Assembly (NCBI GenBank): GCA_044440125.1
Contig: JBITAJ010000028.1
Location: 1 to 64,000 of the forward strand
Source: Sedimentisphaeraceae bacterium JB056
Lineage (GTDB): Bacteria; Planctomycetota; Phycisphaerae; Sedimentisphaerales; Sedimentisphaeraceae
Length of the DNA stretch: 64,000 nt
Reading direction: 5' to 3'
Below the pieces are notes generated by a model. It did no database searches. It saw only the letters and a list, made by a program, of their open reading frames with translations, and was not told the DNA's origin. Within the stretch, counting starts at the first letter, position 1; every line of letters starts with the position of its first letter. Shown in pieces: positions 31,800 through 42,064 of the stretch. A program made the translations under genes and the position numbers.

Positions 31800-32048
31800 T
31801 TCTACCAAATCTGCAATTATTACTCTGTTGTCATCTGATAAGGTACTATACCTGCAAAGTTGTATATATCTGCAATTAAAAATATTGATTCAAGATAAGC
31901 AATCACCAATTTTAAGTTTATAGAAAGGATTCTCAATATGCTGATAAAGCATAGAAAAATTATAACCTTCAGCTTTAAGAAGCTTAGCAAGCAAAACAAT
32001 CTGACGCTGTGCTGCTTCCATAGCAAGGTAATCAATAACTATTTTCAT
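31800..32048 (-). pseudogene. Decayed fragment of a GT4 glycosyltransferase paralogous to 28213..29310
   Basis: MKIVIDYLAMEAAQRQIVLLAKLLKAEGYNFSMLY...PFYK matches the N-terminus of the intact GT; another frame gives LVIAYLESIFLIADIYNFAG matching [21 protein letters not shown]; stop codon, frameshift and internal deletion. Confidence 0.8.
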
Positions 32049-33300
32049 TTTTAACAACCTTATTTCTATGCACATAAAAGGCAGTGATAAAACCAAGCAT
32101 TATCCAATGAAATTTATCATAATATAGAGGAGAAACCATAGATATTAAAAACACGTATAGAAAATATACTACTACAATTTTTGAAATAACAGACACATTA
32201 GTAATAGAAGATTTCATACCTTTGCAACCTCTTAAAAAAAGACTTAGTAATACACTAAACATCAACAGAAAGCCAATTAATCCACCGTTCGTTAAAAGTT
32301 CAATATAGGTATTATGTGCATAAACGCCAATTCCAGAATAGAATCTAAAATTATCTAAGCCGACCCCAAATATAGGATGTTCAATAAAAACTTGAATTCC
32401 TTTCTTAGCCAAAGTAATCCTAGCATAGTCATCACCTCCACCACCCTCTAAAGTTGCCTGGAGCCCTAACAATCTATTATATAATGTCGTCCCAATAATA
32501 TTATTGAAAAACCAAACCATAAATAGTGTTCCTAAGGTCATTAATATAAGAAATATATGTGGTTTTTTGTAAACATCTCTCATATGAAAAAACAGAAACC
32601 AAACTAATATTACAAATAAAAAGAATATGAGTCCCTTTTTAGATCCTGTAGCTACTATTACCTTCGCCTGAAATGGCAATAGTGCTAACATTGAAACCTT
32701 AATCCATTTTTTCTTTGATAACTCGAAATATGCAAACTGAATAAAGAGCATATGATGAATAATTACCGACAAAGAGTTTGCATTGCCTGCTGTGCCTGTG
32801 ATTCTTTCGCCGGTCTCAATTCCGTAATTAAAATCACCAGTGATAAACGTCAACAAAACGACTAAAAGTACTCCTAAGAAGTAAAAAACAGATAAACCTA
32901 ATAAATTTTTGTAGTTATCAGAAATCCTAATTACTAATAAAAATAATATGAAAAGCTGCATAACGGTAAAAAATCTTGTCCAGAAAACAACAGGTGAGAT
33001 ATACACAAATACACCGGTGCACGACCATATTAACCAACTGCCATAAAACAATATCTCTCTGGAAACAGTAACTCCTCTTAATATTATTTTAATTAAAGCT
33101 AAAACAGTAGCAGTATAACCTATATATTTTGATAAATAGTTATATCCTTCCATGTAAGAAATAGATACAGCAGTAAATACATATATACCGAACATCAGGA
33201 CATAAAACCAACTGAACCGCTCTGTGCTAAAGTTACTACAAATATCCGGCTGTGATTCAAACTTGAAATCAGGATTACTAATTATTTTAGTTAAATTCAT
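32032..33300 (-). CDS. wzy: O-antigen polymerase/ligase family protein (Wzy)
   Basis: About 10-11 TM segments; R..G...NAN, TGSKKG, PIFGVG, HNTY motifs. Confidence 0.82.
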   Translation of the reverse strand: MNLTKIISNPDFKFESQPDICSNFSTERFSWFYVLMFGIYVFTAVSISYMEGYNYLSKYIGYTATVLALIKIILRGVTVSREILFYGSWLIWSCTGVFVYISPVVFWTRFFTVMQLFILFLLVIRISDNYKNLLGLSVFYFLGVLLVVLLTFITGDFNYGIETGERITGTAGNANSLSVIIHHMLFIQFAYFELSKKKWIKVSMLALLPFQAKVIVATGSKKGLIFFLFVILVWFLFFHMRDVYKKPHIFLILMTLGTLFMVWFFNNIIGTTLYNRLLGLQATLEGGGGDDYARITLAKKGIQVFIEHPIFGVGLDNFRFYSGIGVYAHNTYIELLTNGGLIGFLLMFSVLLSLFLRGCKGMKSSITNVSVISKIVVVYFLYVFLISMVSPLYYDKFHWIMLGFITAFYVHRNKVVKNENSY

Positions 33301-33349
33301 CTACTGTCTTTTCAAAAATATATCAAACTCATAATATTAAAATGAATTA

Positions 33350-34870
33350 TCATTCACAAGGGTATTTGGTCTTTATTTTTTTTAACATTATTTTTCTACA
33401 TACAGACGCTTTGGCACTTCTTAAACAATCAATGCGAGCCAAAGACATTCGTAGATTATAAAAATATTTAGTTCCCATCTCACGACCAACAGCTTGACCT
33501 ATCTCACACTTATCTCGAACACTTTGGGCCAAATCAATATTTTGGAACATTTTCTGCACAGATATTAACCACAGCCACAACTCATAAGGCCTCACTCCGA
33601 AGGGTTTCAGTGAAATATCTCCTTTCCTAATCTTATCAGTAAGTTTTTCTATATCTTTACCACTGAAAACACCTGTGTTTTCAAACCAATCAAGATCAAT
33701 ATATTTCGAATAATGCTCATAAACAGGTCCTGAAATCCAGGCCTCATAACTTTGAAAATTCCTGCTTAAACCCTTAACTTGCCCAATCGTCTTGCCTTTT
33801 AACGCCTTGTTAGTTCTCGCCCATGGCAATCTTGCAAGCCTGTAATCTAATGATTCAAGTAATTCTGCATACATTTCATCTGTCCTGCAACAGGGGTGCA
33901 ATGACCAGATATAACTATATACCGATGGAGATGTAAACATCTGGTATAATTTGCAATACCTATTTACTACATCCATCGCTTGAGCAATCATTCCTCTCAT
34001 ATACCAACCTTGCTGAATTTGCTCATAATATTCCCATGGATATTTTGGACTTGTTCTTTCCCTCAGTTTTTTTGCGTCCAAAGCAATTTCAGAAATTCCA
34101 ATTTGGAAAGCTTCCGGTTTTAATATTTCAAAAGAATTTCTTGGCTTCAACATTCCTATCTCAATCAGATGCTTCCCTGAAAACTCTGCTCTGCCAACTG
34201 AATCACCATAGCTCCCAGCAAATACTATAGAGTCTTCACTTAAATTACTAAGTTTTTGCATTGAATGTAGATGTATAGGTGGACAAAAACAACCAATCAA
34301 TTCTGGAGAGCGTTCCGTATTCTCTATAACATCTTCAACCGTAAGAGGCGACAAAGGCTGAAATTCAAAACCACAAATCTTAGCAACTTCTTTTGCATAA
34401 ACATAGTCTCTGGAAAATTCGTCATTACTCCAGGTTAAACATATAGGCCTACGACTAATTTTCTTTTCACGATACAATTTAGCAAGTACGCCACAAACAA
34501 TCCGGCTATCTAACCCGCCTGATGTAAGCACATATATATCACTAAAACCTTCAACAGCTTCACATGCTTCTTGTTCCAACAAACCTAAAAATACACCTGA
34601 GATTTCTCTTGGAGAAGCATACTTTAAGCCATGACTGGGTATATCTAAAAATTCAATTCTTCCATCTTGCATTATTTCAGATAGCCAGGGTTGCCTTTTA
34701 ACTTCATTCAAAAGTGTCCTATCGCCTGTAGGGTAGTTAAAAGCCAAAACACCAAGTATTGCCCCAATATCTAAGGAAGGACTAACAACACAATTAAGTG
34801 CTTTCTTGAAATCAGATAAAATATTATTATTTACAATATACCTTGTGGAATCAAAAAGAAATTTAGACAT
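33350..34870 (-). CDS. Asparagine synthase-related ATP-dependent amidoligase (lacks an intact glutaminase domain)
   Basis: LTSGGLDSR PP-loop, GSYGD; no N-terminal Cys. Confidence 0.78.
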   Translation of the reverse strand: MSKFLFDSTRYIVNNNILSDFKKALNCVVSPSLDIGAILGVLAFNYPTGDRTLLNEVKRQPWLSEIMQDGRIEFLDIPSHGLKYASPREISGVFLGLLEQEACEAVEGFSDIYVLTSGGLDSRIVCGVLAKLYREKKISRRPICLTWSNDEFSRDYVYAKEVAKICGFEFQPLSPLTVEDVIENTERSPELIGCFCPPIHLHSMQKLSNLSEDSIVFAGSYGDSVGRAEFSGKHLIEIGMLKPRNSFEILKPEAFQIGISEIALDAKKLRERTSPKYPWEYYEQIQQGWYMRGMIAQAMDVVNRYCKLYQMFTSPSVYSYIWSLHPCCRTDEMYAELLESLDYRLARLPWARTNKALKGKTIGQVKGLSRNFQSYEAWISGPVYEHYSKYIDLDWFENTGVFSGKDIEKLTDKIRKGDISLKPFGVRPYELWLWLISVQKMFQNIDLAQSVRDKCEIGQAVGREMGTKYFYNLRMSLARIDCLRSAKASVCRKIMLKKIKTKYPCE

Positions 34871-34908
34871 ATGAAACCTTCTTATTTAACTTAAAGTACT
34901 CTAAAATC

Positions 34909-36063
34909 TTATAGTTGGCCGTTTTTATCAAATAGCCTCTTGTAACTATATAATAAAACATCTCTATGTGACTCACAACTACAATGATTCTGCTTCATTC
35001 TCATTCTCTGATTGGCATAAATCAAAAGTTTCAACAGGTTTAATCTGCTAAATATACTTCCTATGAATCTTGGAATAGAAGTCTGACTATAAAGATAAGA
35101 TAATTTACGACTCTCCGCAAAATTATTCCACTCTTGAATGTAGTTTCCACTTTGTATATTACTACCTATGCTCAACGCCTTATTTATAATATCTTGACGC
35201 TCTTGTCCATGTAAAAGCTTGATGATCTCATCTTCTTTGGATTGACAGTAAGGTATAATATCAAAATCAATCATTTTCCGATTCTTGTTCAAATAAAACC
35301 TTACAGCATAACCAATTGCCCAATCTTTAAATTCAACTTTTCGAGGAAAAAAGAAGTTTCCCAGGCCATAAATTATCGGTACATTATTGTAAATTTCAAC
35401 ACCACCTACACAATGTGTATGATGTGCAACTATGACATCAGCACCCATATCAGCATAAAATCTATATTGTTCTACAATTCTTGGACTCGGATAATTACAA
35501 TGTTCACTCCCTCCGTGAATTATTACTATTACATAATCAGACTTATTTTTAGCATCACGAATTTTTCTTGAATTTTTGACTATATCCATAGGGTGAGAAC
35601 CTGCTTTATCTAGCTCCGCAGAGGCAAATTCATTTTCTGCAAAGTTAATAATCGCAAGCCTAGTACCGCTAATTTCTTTATAAAAAGTTTCAGAGGCATT
35701 TTTCAAATTTACTCCCGCACCAACCGTACTGAGCCTAACCCTACTACATTCTCTTAAGGTCTCCTCAAGTCCTTGCTTACCATAATCCATAATGTGATTA
35801 TTAGCCAAAGTTGCGACATTAAATCCAGAATCGTTAAGCAAATCCGCCCAAAAAGGGCCAGCCTTCAAATTAGGCCCACACTTATCAATTGTAGTCATTG
35901 AATCGGTAAGAGGACACTCAAGATTTACAATTGAAATATCTGAGTTCTCTATTTCTGGTAAAAAGTCCGAAAAAACATTCTCCGGATCAATCTTTTCTGA
36001 AGGATAAGAGTTATAACTATAACTCGGACAAAAATCTCCCGTTATTAAAATTCTAACACTCAT
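34909..36063 (-). CDS. CapA/PGA_cap family metallophosphoesterase-fold protein
   Basis: TGD, NLECP, LANNHIMDYG, IHGGSE, HHTH, YGLGNF. Confidence 0.9.
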   Translation of the reverse strand: MSVRILITGDFCPSYSYNSYPSEKIDPENVFSDFLPEIENSDISIVNLECPLTDSMTTIDKCGPNLKAGPFWADLLNDSGFNVATLANNHIMDYGKQGLEETLRECSRVRLSTVGAGVNLKNASETFYKEISGTRLAIINFAENEFASAELDKAGSHPMDIVKNSRKIRDAKNKSDYVIVIIHGGSEHCNYPSPRIVEQYRFYADMGADVIVAHHTHCVGGVEIYNNVPIIYGLGNFFFPRKVEFKDWAIGYAVRFYLNKNRKMIDFDIIPYCQSKEDEIIKLLHGQERQDIINKALSIGSNIQSGNYIQEWNNFAESRKLSYLYSQTSIPRFIGSIFSRLNLLKLLIYANQRMRMKQNHCSCESHRDVLLYSYKRLFDKNGQL

Positions 36064-37232
36064 AATTCGTCTATTACCCTTTTTGCCTGTTCAAAACCAT
36101 TAGGGTTTTCAATATCTTCAATTAAGTGCTGTCTCCCTCTTTGGATATATCTAGTTCGGTAGTCAGTTTCTGAAAACAATTTCTTGATTTCTCTTCTTAA
36201 CTCATCCTCATTATTAGCCAACACCGCCGCTTTGCTATCTTCAACATAATGCAAACGATAAAAAGATTTCACAAATTTGATTAATATAACAGGCACATTG
36301 GCATTCATCGCCTCATATGTTACTGTACTGAAAATAGTAATTAATATATCAGATAAACCTAATATTTGTGTAGTTGAATACTCGTCTTTACAAAAAATAA
36401 CATTACCTGATTTAAAAGATTTATTCCATTTAGATACATTATTATTATCTCTTGGATGGAATTTGACTACCAAATTAAATCCCTCTTTTTCTGCCAATTC
36501 AACTAATAGTACAATCAATTTCTCTTTTTCCAGCTCTGTCATGCCGGTTTCATGATGAGCATAGAAAACAATCGGCAGATCTGAACCAAAAGGGATTTCA
36601 AACTCAAAAGATTTCACATTGTTTTCTGTATTTTCTTCTAAAATGGGATTCCCCAACCAGATAAATTCAGAATCTTTTGCTCCATTATTTTTAAAAATAT
36701 CTTTTCCACTTTTATTCATTAAAAAAACATAATTAGGATTTGTTTGCCCTCTTTTTCCTCCCGTAGAAAACAATCTATTATAAAAACCGATAAAAGAGTA
36801 GATAATATTAAACTTAATAATAGGGAATGGTACGACACCATCTACCATTAGGGCAGTTTTAATACCTTTCCTTTTTGCCAATTTCGAAAAATTACTTGAA
36901 ATAATTCCACTATCTGCACCAAAAACCAACAAATCTATCTTTGATTTATTTTCTGAAATATATTTTTTTACATCTCTACGTATCATAAAAGCGATGAAAG
37001 GCTTATAAAATGAAGACTTAAACTTGAGAGACCATCTAAGTGAGGTATCCAGCTCTGAGTAATCAAACTGAAAATTTCTAGACACTGTCGCAGTTCGATG
37101 TTTCGGTTCTGATATCTTATCTACCAGAAGGATGCTTACATTAAAGCCCTTTTTTTCATTTAAAAAACAAAGAAAGTCACTAAATCTTCTTATATGCGAA
37201 CTATTAGTTGGCACAAAAACTATTCGTTTCAA
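36060..37232 (-). CDS. GT-B capsule glycosyltransferase, probable nonulosonic-acid transferase
   Basis: VKFHPRD (HP motif) and ITIFSTVTYEAM as in sialyl/CDP-glycerol transferase-like families; directly downstream of neuA-neuB. Confidence 0.65.
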   Translation of the reverse strand: MKRIVFVPTNSSHIRRFSDFLCFLNEKKGFNVSILLVDKISEPKHRTATVSRNFQFDYSELDTSLRWSLKFKSSFYKPFIAFMIRRDVKKYISENKSKIDLLVFGADSGIISSNFSKLAKRKGIKTALMVDGVVPFPIIKFNIIYSFIGFYNRLFSTGGKRGQTNPNYVFLMNKSGKDIFKNNGAKDSEFIWLGNPILEENTENNVKSFEFEIPFGSDLPIVFYAHHETGMTELEKEKLIVLLVELAEKEGFNLVVKFHPRDNNNVSKWNKSFKSGNVIFCKDEYSTTQILGLSDILITIFSTVTYEAMNANVPVILIKFVKSFYRLHYVEDSKAAVLANNEDELRREIKKLFSETDYRTRYIQRGRQHLIEDIENPNGFEQAKRVIDEL

Positions 37233-37249
37233 TTTTACACTTTTCCGTA

Positions 37250-38107
37250 TTAAACTCTTTTTAATTTATTCCTTTGAACTTTTTCTACGCTAAGAAGTTC
37301 ATTCTGTTTATAAGAAAGAGCTTTATAAACATTCCTAATATCTCTTACAAGCTTCCTCATACCTTGCGGTTCCAAACTCGCAGCATGATCTGTACCTTTC
37401 CATGTACGATCAAGAGTGAAATGCCGTTCTATCCACTCTGCTCCAAGAGTCATCGCCGCAATATCGGCAGCAATTCCAAGGTGATGGCCGGAAAAACCTA
37501 TCGCTTTTACCCTATCAGTAAAAGACTCTTTAATACGCGTTATTTCATAAAGGCAAATATCTTCAAACGCAACAGGATAACCCGAAGTACAACTGTAAAT
37601 AACTAAATCTTTATTTCGGCCTTTATCTTCAAAAAAAGAAACTATTTTCTCTTCTTCCTGGTGAGTAGTCATACCAAAAGAGAGATGAATTTCGCCTCTA
37701 TAATTATTACATAAAAATTCAAGAATATCAAACTTAAGGTTACAGGCAGAAGGTATTTTTATAAGTTCGGGAGAAAGCTCAGTTATTTCTTTAGCTGATG
37801 TAATATCCCATACTGAAGTACTGTAAACCACGCCGAATTCCTCACACCAAACTTTAAGCTGTCTATTCTGGTCAATATCAAGCTCCAGATTCTCTCGATG
37901 TTCTCCATAACTTTTACCGTAAGAATTGGCTGGGTTTGGGTGAGGAGCATAATATTCTTCTTCGCTAAGAAGCTCCCGCGGGCATCTCTTCTGAAATTTA
38001 ACAACATCAACTTTGCAGTACATTGCCGCCGTCATTATCATCTCACGAGCAATATCCATATTGCCTTTGTGGTTACATCCAATCTCTGCTATAATTTGTG
38101 GAATCAT
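37250..38107 (-). CDS. neuB: N-acetylneuraminate synthase family protein (short form, probable KDN-9-P synthase)
   Basis: IIAEIGCNHKG, VKFQKR, KIPSA, CTSGYP, GFSGH, IERHFTLD, GTDHAASLEP; no C-terminal SAF domain. Confidence 0.88.
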   Translation of the reverse strand: MIPQIIAEIGCNHKGNMDIAREMIMTAAMYCKVDVVKFQKRCPRELLSEEEYYAPHPNPANSYGKSYGEHRENLELDIDQNRQLKVWCEEFGVVYSTSVWDITSAKEITELSPELIKIPSACNLKFDILEFLCNNYRGEIHLSFGMTTHQEEEKIVSFFEDKGRNKDLVIYSCTSGYPVAFEDICLYEITRIKESFTDRVKAIGFSGHHLGIAADIAAMTLGAEWIERHFTLDRTWKGTDHAASLEPQGMRKLVRDIRNVYKALSYKQNELLSVEKVQRNKLKRV

Positions 38108-38109
38108 AA

Positions 38110-39270
38110 TTACCTCTTTAATATTAAATCTACGAGTTCTCTAATGGCTCCATTGCCGCCATTCTTACAAAGTTTTACGGAAGCAATCGACTTAACATCT
38201 TCATGAGCATCAGCAGGAACTACCGCACACCCTACATAATTAAGACACTCCCTATCATTTATGTCATTTCCAACATAAACAGTATTTAATTTTGCAATGC
38301 CATTTCTTGCAAGATATTTTTTCAAAAATACAAGTTTATTGTCAACAGGATTAAAATATTCCAAATTAAGTTTCTCGCATCTCTTAGCAAGAATATTATT
38401 TTGTTCTTTAGATACCACTACCGTTTTAATTCCAGCCTCCTTTAGCATGGATATCCCCATTCCATCCCCTCTATCACAAATTACTGCCTCATTGCCATCT
38501 GGAAGTACGATAACTTTATTATCAGTAAATACACCATCAAAATCAAACACAACAAGCTCAATATCTAATGGTAAGTGACTTTGCTGTTCTACTCTTTTTA
38601 AGAATTGCATAAGAAACTCTACCTTAACCCAATCCGAAGGATCATCAATTTCCACACTTCGAGAAGCGTCCATAAGATAAGCCGATGTCTTTCCAAAAAA
38701 ACGGTGCTTGGCAACTCTAAAACCAGTTGCATTCATCACATAAATGGCTCCATTCTCAAGATACTGCGTATCCATATCTTGTCGCATTAATCGTTTACTT
38801 TTATCATGGTTTATTCCATCCATATTGCCTTTGATATCATGCCAAAGCATACCGTGAAACTCAAAAGCTGTAAAAAGAGAGTCAGCATTCTTGTAAATGT
38901 AAGTACGAACAGCTCCGTCTATATCACAAGCTCTTGTAAACGGAGAGGTACACTGAAGGAAAACTATTATATCCGGTTTATAGCCCTCGCCCTTCTCAAG
39001 AACATCAATAACATGGAGTAAAGCCTGCTCCGATGACGCCTTATCACCTGAAATATCCGAAGGTCTATCAATTACCTCGGCTCCCATATCAATTGAGCAT
39101 GCCTTAATTTCAGCATCATCCGTAGAGACTACTACTCTTGTTACATATTCAGAATTTATAGCAGCTTCAATTGTGTAACCAATCAAAGGCATACCACAAA
39201 GCAATTTAATGTTTTTACGCGGTATTCCCTTTGAGCCTCCACGAGCAGGTATTATTGCTAATATATTCAT
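38110..39270 (-). CDS. neuA: Acylneuraminate cytidylyltransferase fused to a KdsC-type HAD phosphatase
   Basis: IPARGGSKGIPRKN, VSTDD, LQCTSPF, ENGAIY, EIDD; C-terminal FDFDGVFTD, GNDIND, GGNGAIRE. Confidence 0.92.
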   Translation of the reverse strand: MNILAIIPARGGSKGIPRKNIKLLCGMPLIGYTIEAAINSEYVTRVVVSTDDAEIKACSIDMGAEVIDRPSDISGDKASSEQALLHVIDVLEKGEGYKPDIIVFLQCTSPFTRACDIDGAVRTYIYKNADSLFTAFEFHGMLWHDIKGNMDGINHDKSKRLMRQDMDTQYLENGAIYVMNATGFRVAKHRFFGKTSAYLMDASRSVEIDDPSDWVKVEFLMQFLKRVEQQSHLPLDIELVVFDFDGVFTDNKVIVLPDGNEAVICDRGDGMGISMLKEAGIKTVVVSKEQNNILAKRCEKLNLEYFNPVDNKLVFLKKYLARNGIAKLNTVYVGNDINDRECLNYVGCAVVPADAHEDVKSIASVKLCKNGGNGAIRELVDLILKR

Positions 39271-39340
39271 TATATCCCCAAAAAAACTTTTGTTTGATTC
39301 AAAATAATTCGCTAAAAAACCAACTTAAAAAGAAAAAACT

Positions 39341-40630
39341 TCATATTTTTTTTCTAATATTATAAATTTCAGTAAAATCAGTCTTCTTGTAGCGAAACAG
39401 TTCGATAATTCTACAACTATTTCTGCGACAAAAAGCTACAAGCAATAAAGTAGAACTGATAACATAACTTGTTGCCATACCAACGCTTGCTCCCTTAACA
39501 CCCATTATAGGAAAAAGTATCCATAGCAACATGAGATTAATTACAGCTCCTATTGCAACACTTATAGAAACAGTACCAGGTTTATTTGTTCCAAGCAGGT
39601 AAGGCACAAAGACTTTGCTAGTTGCTCGAAATAAAACACCCAATACTAAAATTCTTACAAGTGGAACAGCCGGTAAAAATTCGTTTGAAAACAATACCCT
39701 AATCATTAAAGGAGCTGCAACGAAAATTCCAAGAAGCAGTAAACCACATACTAAAAAAGTTAGTCGTGCACATTTGGCTACTAATTGGTATCGCCCCTTC
39801 TCATCTGGAGCAACACGAGACATAAGTACTGTAACAAGCGAATCAGGTATAACCATTATTCTGGTCGTAATCATAGCTGCTAATGAAAATAAACCAATAT
39901 CCTCTTTAATAGCAAAAAAAGCGAGAAGTATTGCACCAACCTGAAAATTAACCTCATTACTCAATTTGCCAAAGTAGTATCTCGATCCAAAATGGAGCAT
40001 TTCTATAGTATGGCTCTTTGAAGGATTAACCCACACAATTCCAAATTCTTTCCTTAAATAAATCAAAGCTAAAATAACACTAAATGCACATGATATGATA
40101 TTGGATAAAATGGCACCAGTAACACCCATCCGAAGTACCAGAATTAAAAGAAACATGAAAATCAGCTGGATGATTCCATTAAAAGTTTGCAAAATAGCAA
40201 ACCATTTAAATCTTCCGACTGCGGTCATAAGCTTTATGATTGAACCAGCTAAAACGACCATAGGGATTCCGCTCAACGCAAGAACAAAATCATTGTGGTT
40301 AGCTTTAGAAAAAAAAACCCAATCTAATCTAAGCAAGTAGAGGCCTGTCACGATAGCTAAAAAAGAGCCGGTGCAACTATAGATAAATGTCATAACAACA
40401 CCTTCTGAGATTGTCATTCTTTTTGACGCTACAAGATAAACGTTAGCTACATCACAGCCAAGAATAAAAATAAGGGTTAGTAATGTTGTAAAAATTAAAC
40501 ACACTGCATAAGATCCTCGACCAGCAGGTCCAAGAGTCCACGCAAGACAACTTTGTGATGCCAATGACAACACAATAGTCAATATTTTTGCCCCAAAAGA
40601 AAAACCCAAATCTTTTACACCAGACGACAT
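39341..40630 (-). CDS. wzx: Oligosaccharide flippase
   Basis: About 12 TM helices, LGPAGRGSY, MOP-family C-terminus, position in polysaccharide locus. Confidence 0.85.
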   Translation of the reverse strand: MSSGVKDLGFSFGAKILTIVLSLASQSCLAWTLGPAGRGSYAVCLIFTTLLTLIFILGCDVANVYLVASKRMTISEGVVMTFIYSCTGSFLAIVTGLYLLRLDWVFFSKANHNDFVLALSGIPMVVLAGSIIKLMTAVGRFKWFAILQTFNGIIQLIFMFLLILVLRMGVTGAILSNIISCAFSVILALIYLRKEFGIVWVNPSKSHTIEMLHFGSRYYFGKLSNEVNFQVGAILLAFFAIKEDIGLFSLAAMITTRIMVIPDSLVTVLMSRVAPDEKGRYQLVAKCARLTFLVCGLLLLGIFVAAPLMIRVLFSNEFLPAVPLVRILVLGVLFRATSKVFVPYLLGTNKPGTVSISVAIGAVINLMLLWILFPIMGVKGASVGMATSYVISSTLLLVAFCRRNSCRIIELFRYKKTDFTEIYNIRKKI

Positions 40631-40765
40631 TAAAAACCAATCATTTATTATAACATTTCAACGCAAAAACTATCCACCAGCAATAATTCACAAACGCACT
40701 TCCATCACTATTAAAATCCACACGATACCTATACTATCAGGCCACTTAACATCGGCTACATTACG

Positions 40766-42064
40766 TCACGCCCTGCCTATGCTGTAGTATTTTATTCCCT
40801 GCTTTGCGATATATGCTGGGTCGTATAGATTACGGCCATCAAAAATTACCGGCGTTTTTAGTTCTTGTACAAACCTCTCAAAATCCGGTGTTCTGAATTC
40901 CTGCCAGTCTGTCATAACTATTAAGCCGTCAGATCCCTTTATTACATCATATTCATTATCGCACATCTTAACACTATCACCCAACACCAATTTTGAATTA
41001 TCCATAGCTTCAGGATCAAAAGCCTTGATTTTCAAGCCTGCTTCAATAAATTTCTGTATGCATCTTATCGCCGGCGACTCACGTATATCATCCGTCTTAG
41101 CCTTGAAAGCTAATCCCCATACACCTAAAGTAACATTTGACATATCTTTATAATAGTCAATTACTTTTTGAGCAAACCTATCTTGCTGGCGGTAGTTAGC
41201 TGCCTGAACAGCCTTGACAATGGTCATGTCAACACCTTTTTCATCACCCATAAAAGCCAAAGCCCTTACATCCTTTGGGAAACAGCTCCCGCCGTAACCA
41301 AGCCCTGCAAAAAGAAATGCATTACCGATACGTGAATCACTTCCAACACCATGACGTACATTCTCGATATCTGCACCAAATTTTTCACACAAGGCAGTTA
41401 GCTCATTCATAAAAGTAATTCGAGTTGCAAGCATTGCATTAGCCGCATATTTCGCCATTTCTGCACTTGCCGGATCCATGAAAATAATACGGCTGCTCTT
41501 TCTCATAAACGGAGCATAAATTTGCTTCATTATCTCTCTAACAGAGGGGCTATCAGTACCGACTATAACTCGATCAGGCTTCATAAAATCATCTACAGCA
41601 CTGCCCTCTTTAAGGAATTCAGGATTGCTGACATAATCAAAAGGATGCGATGTATTAGCTCGAACGATCTCAGAAACCTTAACATGAGTACCAATTGGAA
41701 CAGTACTCTTTGTCAAGATTATATGATAATCATTCATCGCTTTTGCTATCTCCTCAGAAACAGCATACACCGCTGACATATCAGCTGAACCATCTGGAGC
41801 ACTTGGAGTTCCCACTCCAATAAATGTAACTAATGTGTTTTGCACACCCTGTTTAATATCAGTTGTGAATATTAGTCTTTGTGCATCAACGTTACGCTTG
41901 ACTATCTCAGTAAGTCCTGGTTCATAAATTGGGATATGCCCACCATTCAAGCGACTGATCTTATCCGCATCATTATCAACACAAATAACATGGTTACCAC
42001 CTTCGGCAAGACAAGCTGCAGCTACCAACCCTACATATCCAACACCTACAACTGAAATTTTCAT
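40766..42064 (-). CDS. ugd: UDP-glucose/GDP-mannose dehydrogenase
   Basis: GVGYVGL, VGTP, KSTVP, SNPEFLKEG, GYGGSCFPKD, GLAFK..TDD.RESP, DGRN. Confidence 0.95.
   Translation of the reverse strand: MKISVVGVGYVGLVAAACLAEGGNHVICVDNDADKISRLNGGHIPIYEPGLTEIVKRNVDAQRLIFTTDIKQGVQNTLVTFIGVGTPSAPDGSADMSAVYAVSEEIAKAMNDYHIILTKSTVPIGTHVKVSEIVRANTSHPFDYVSNPEFLKEGSAVDDFMKPDRVIVGTDSPSVREIMKQIYAPFMRKSSRIIFMDPASAEMAKYAANAMLATRITFMNELTALCEKFGADIENVRHGVGSDSRIGNAFLFAGLGYGGSCFPKDVRALAFMGDEKGVDMTIVKAVQAANYRQQDRFAQKVIDYYKDMSNVTLGVWGLAFKAKTDDIRESPAIRCIQKFIEAGLKIKAFDPEAMDNSKLVLGDSVKMCDNEYDVIKGSDGLIVMTDWQEFRTPDFERFVQELKTPVIFDGRNLYDPAYIAKQGIKYYSIGRA

Noticed and set aside
34909..36063. Poly-gamma-glutamate capsule synthesis
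   Set aside because: capB and capC are absent; CapA-family genes occur in unrelated contexts
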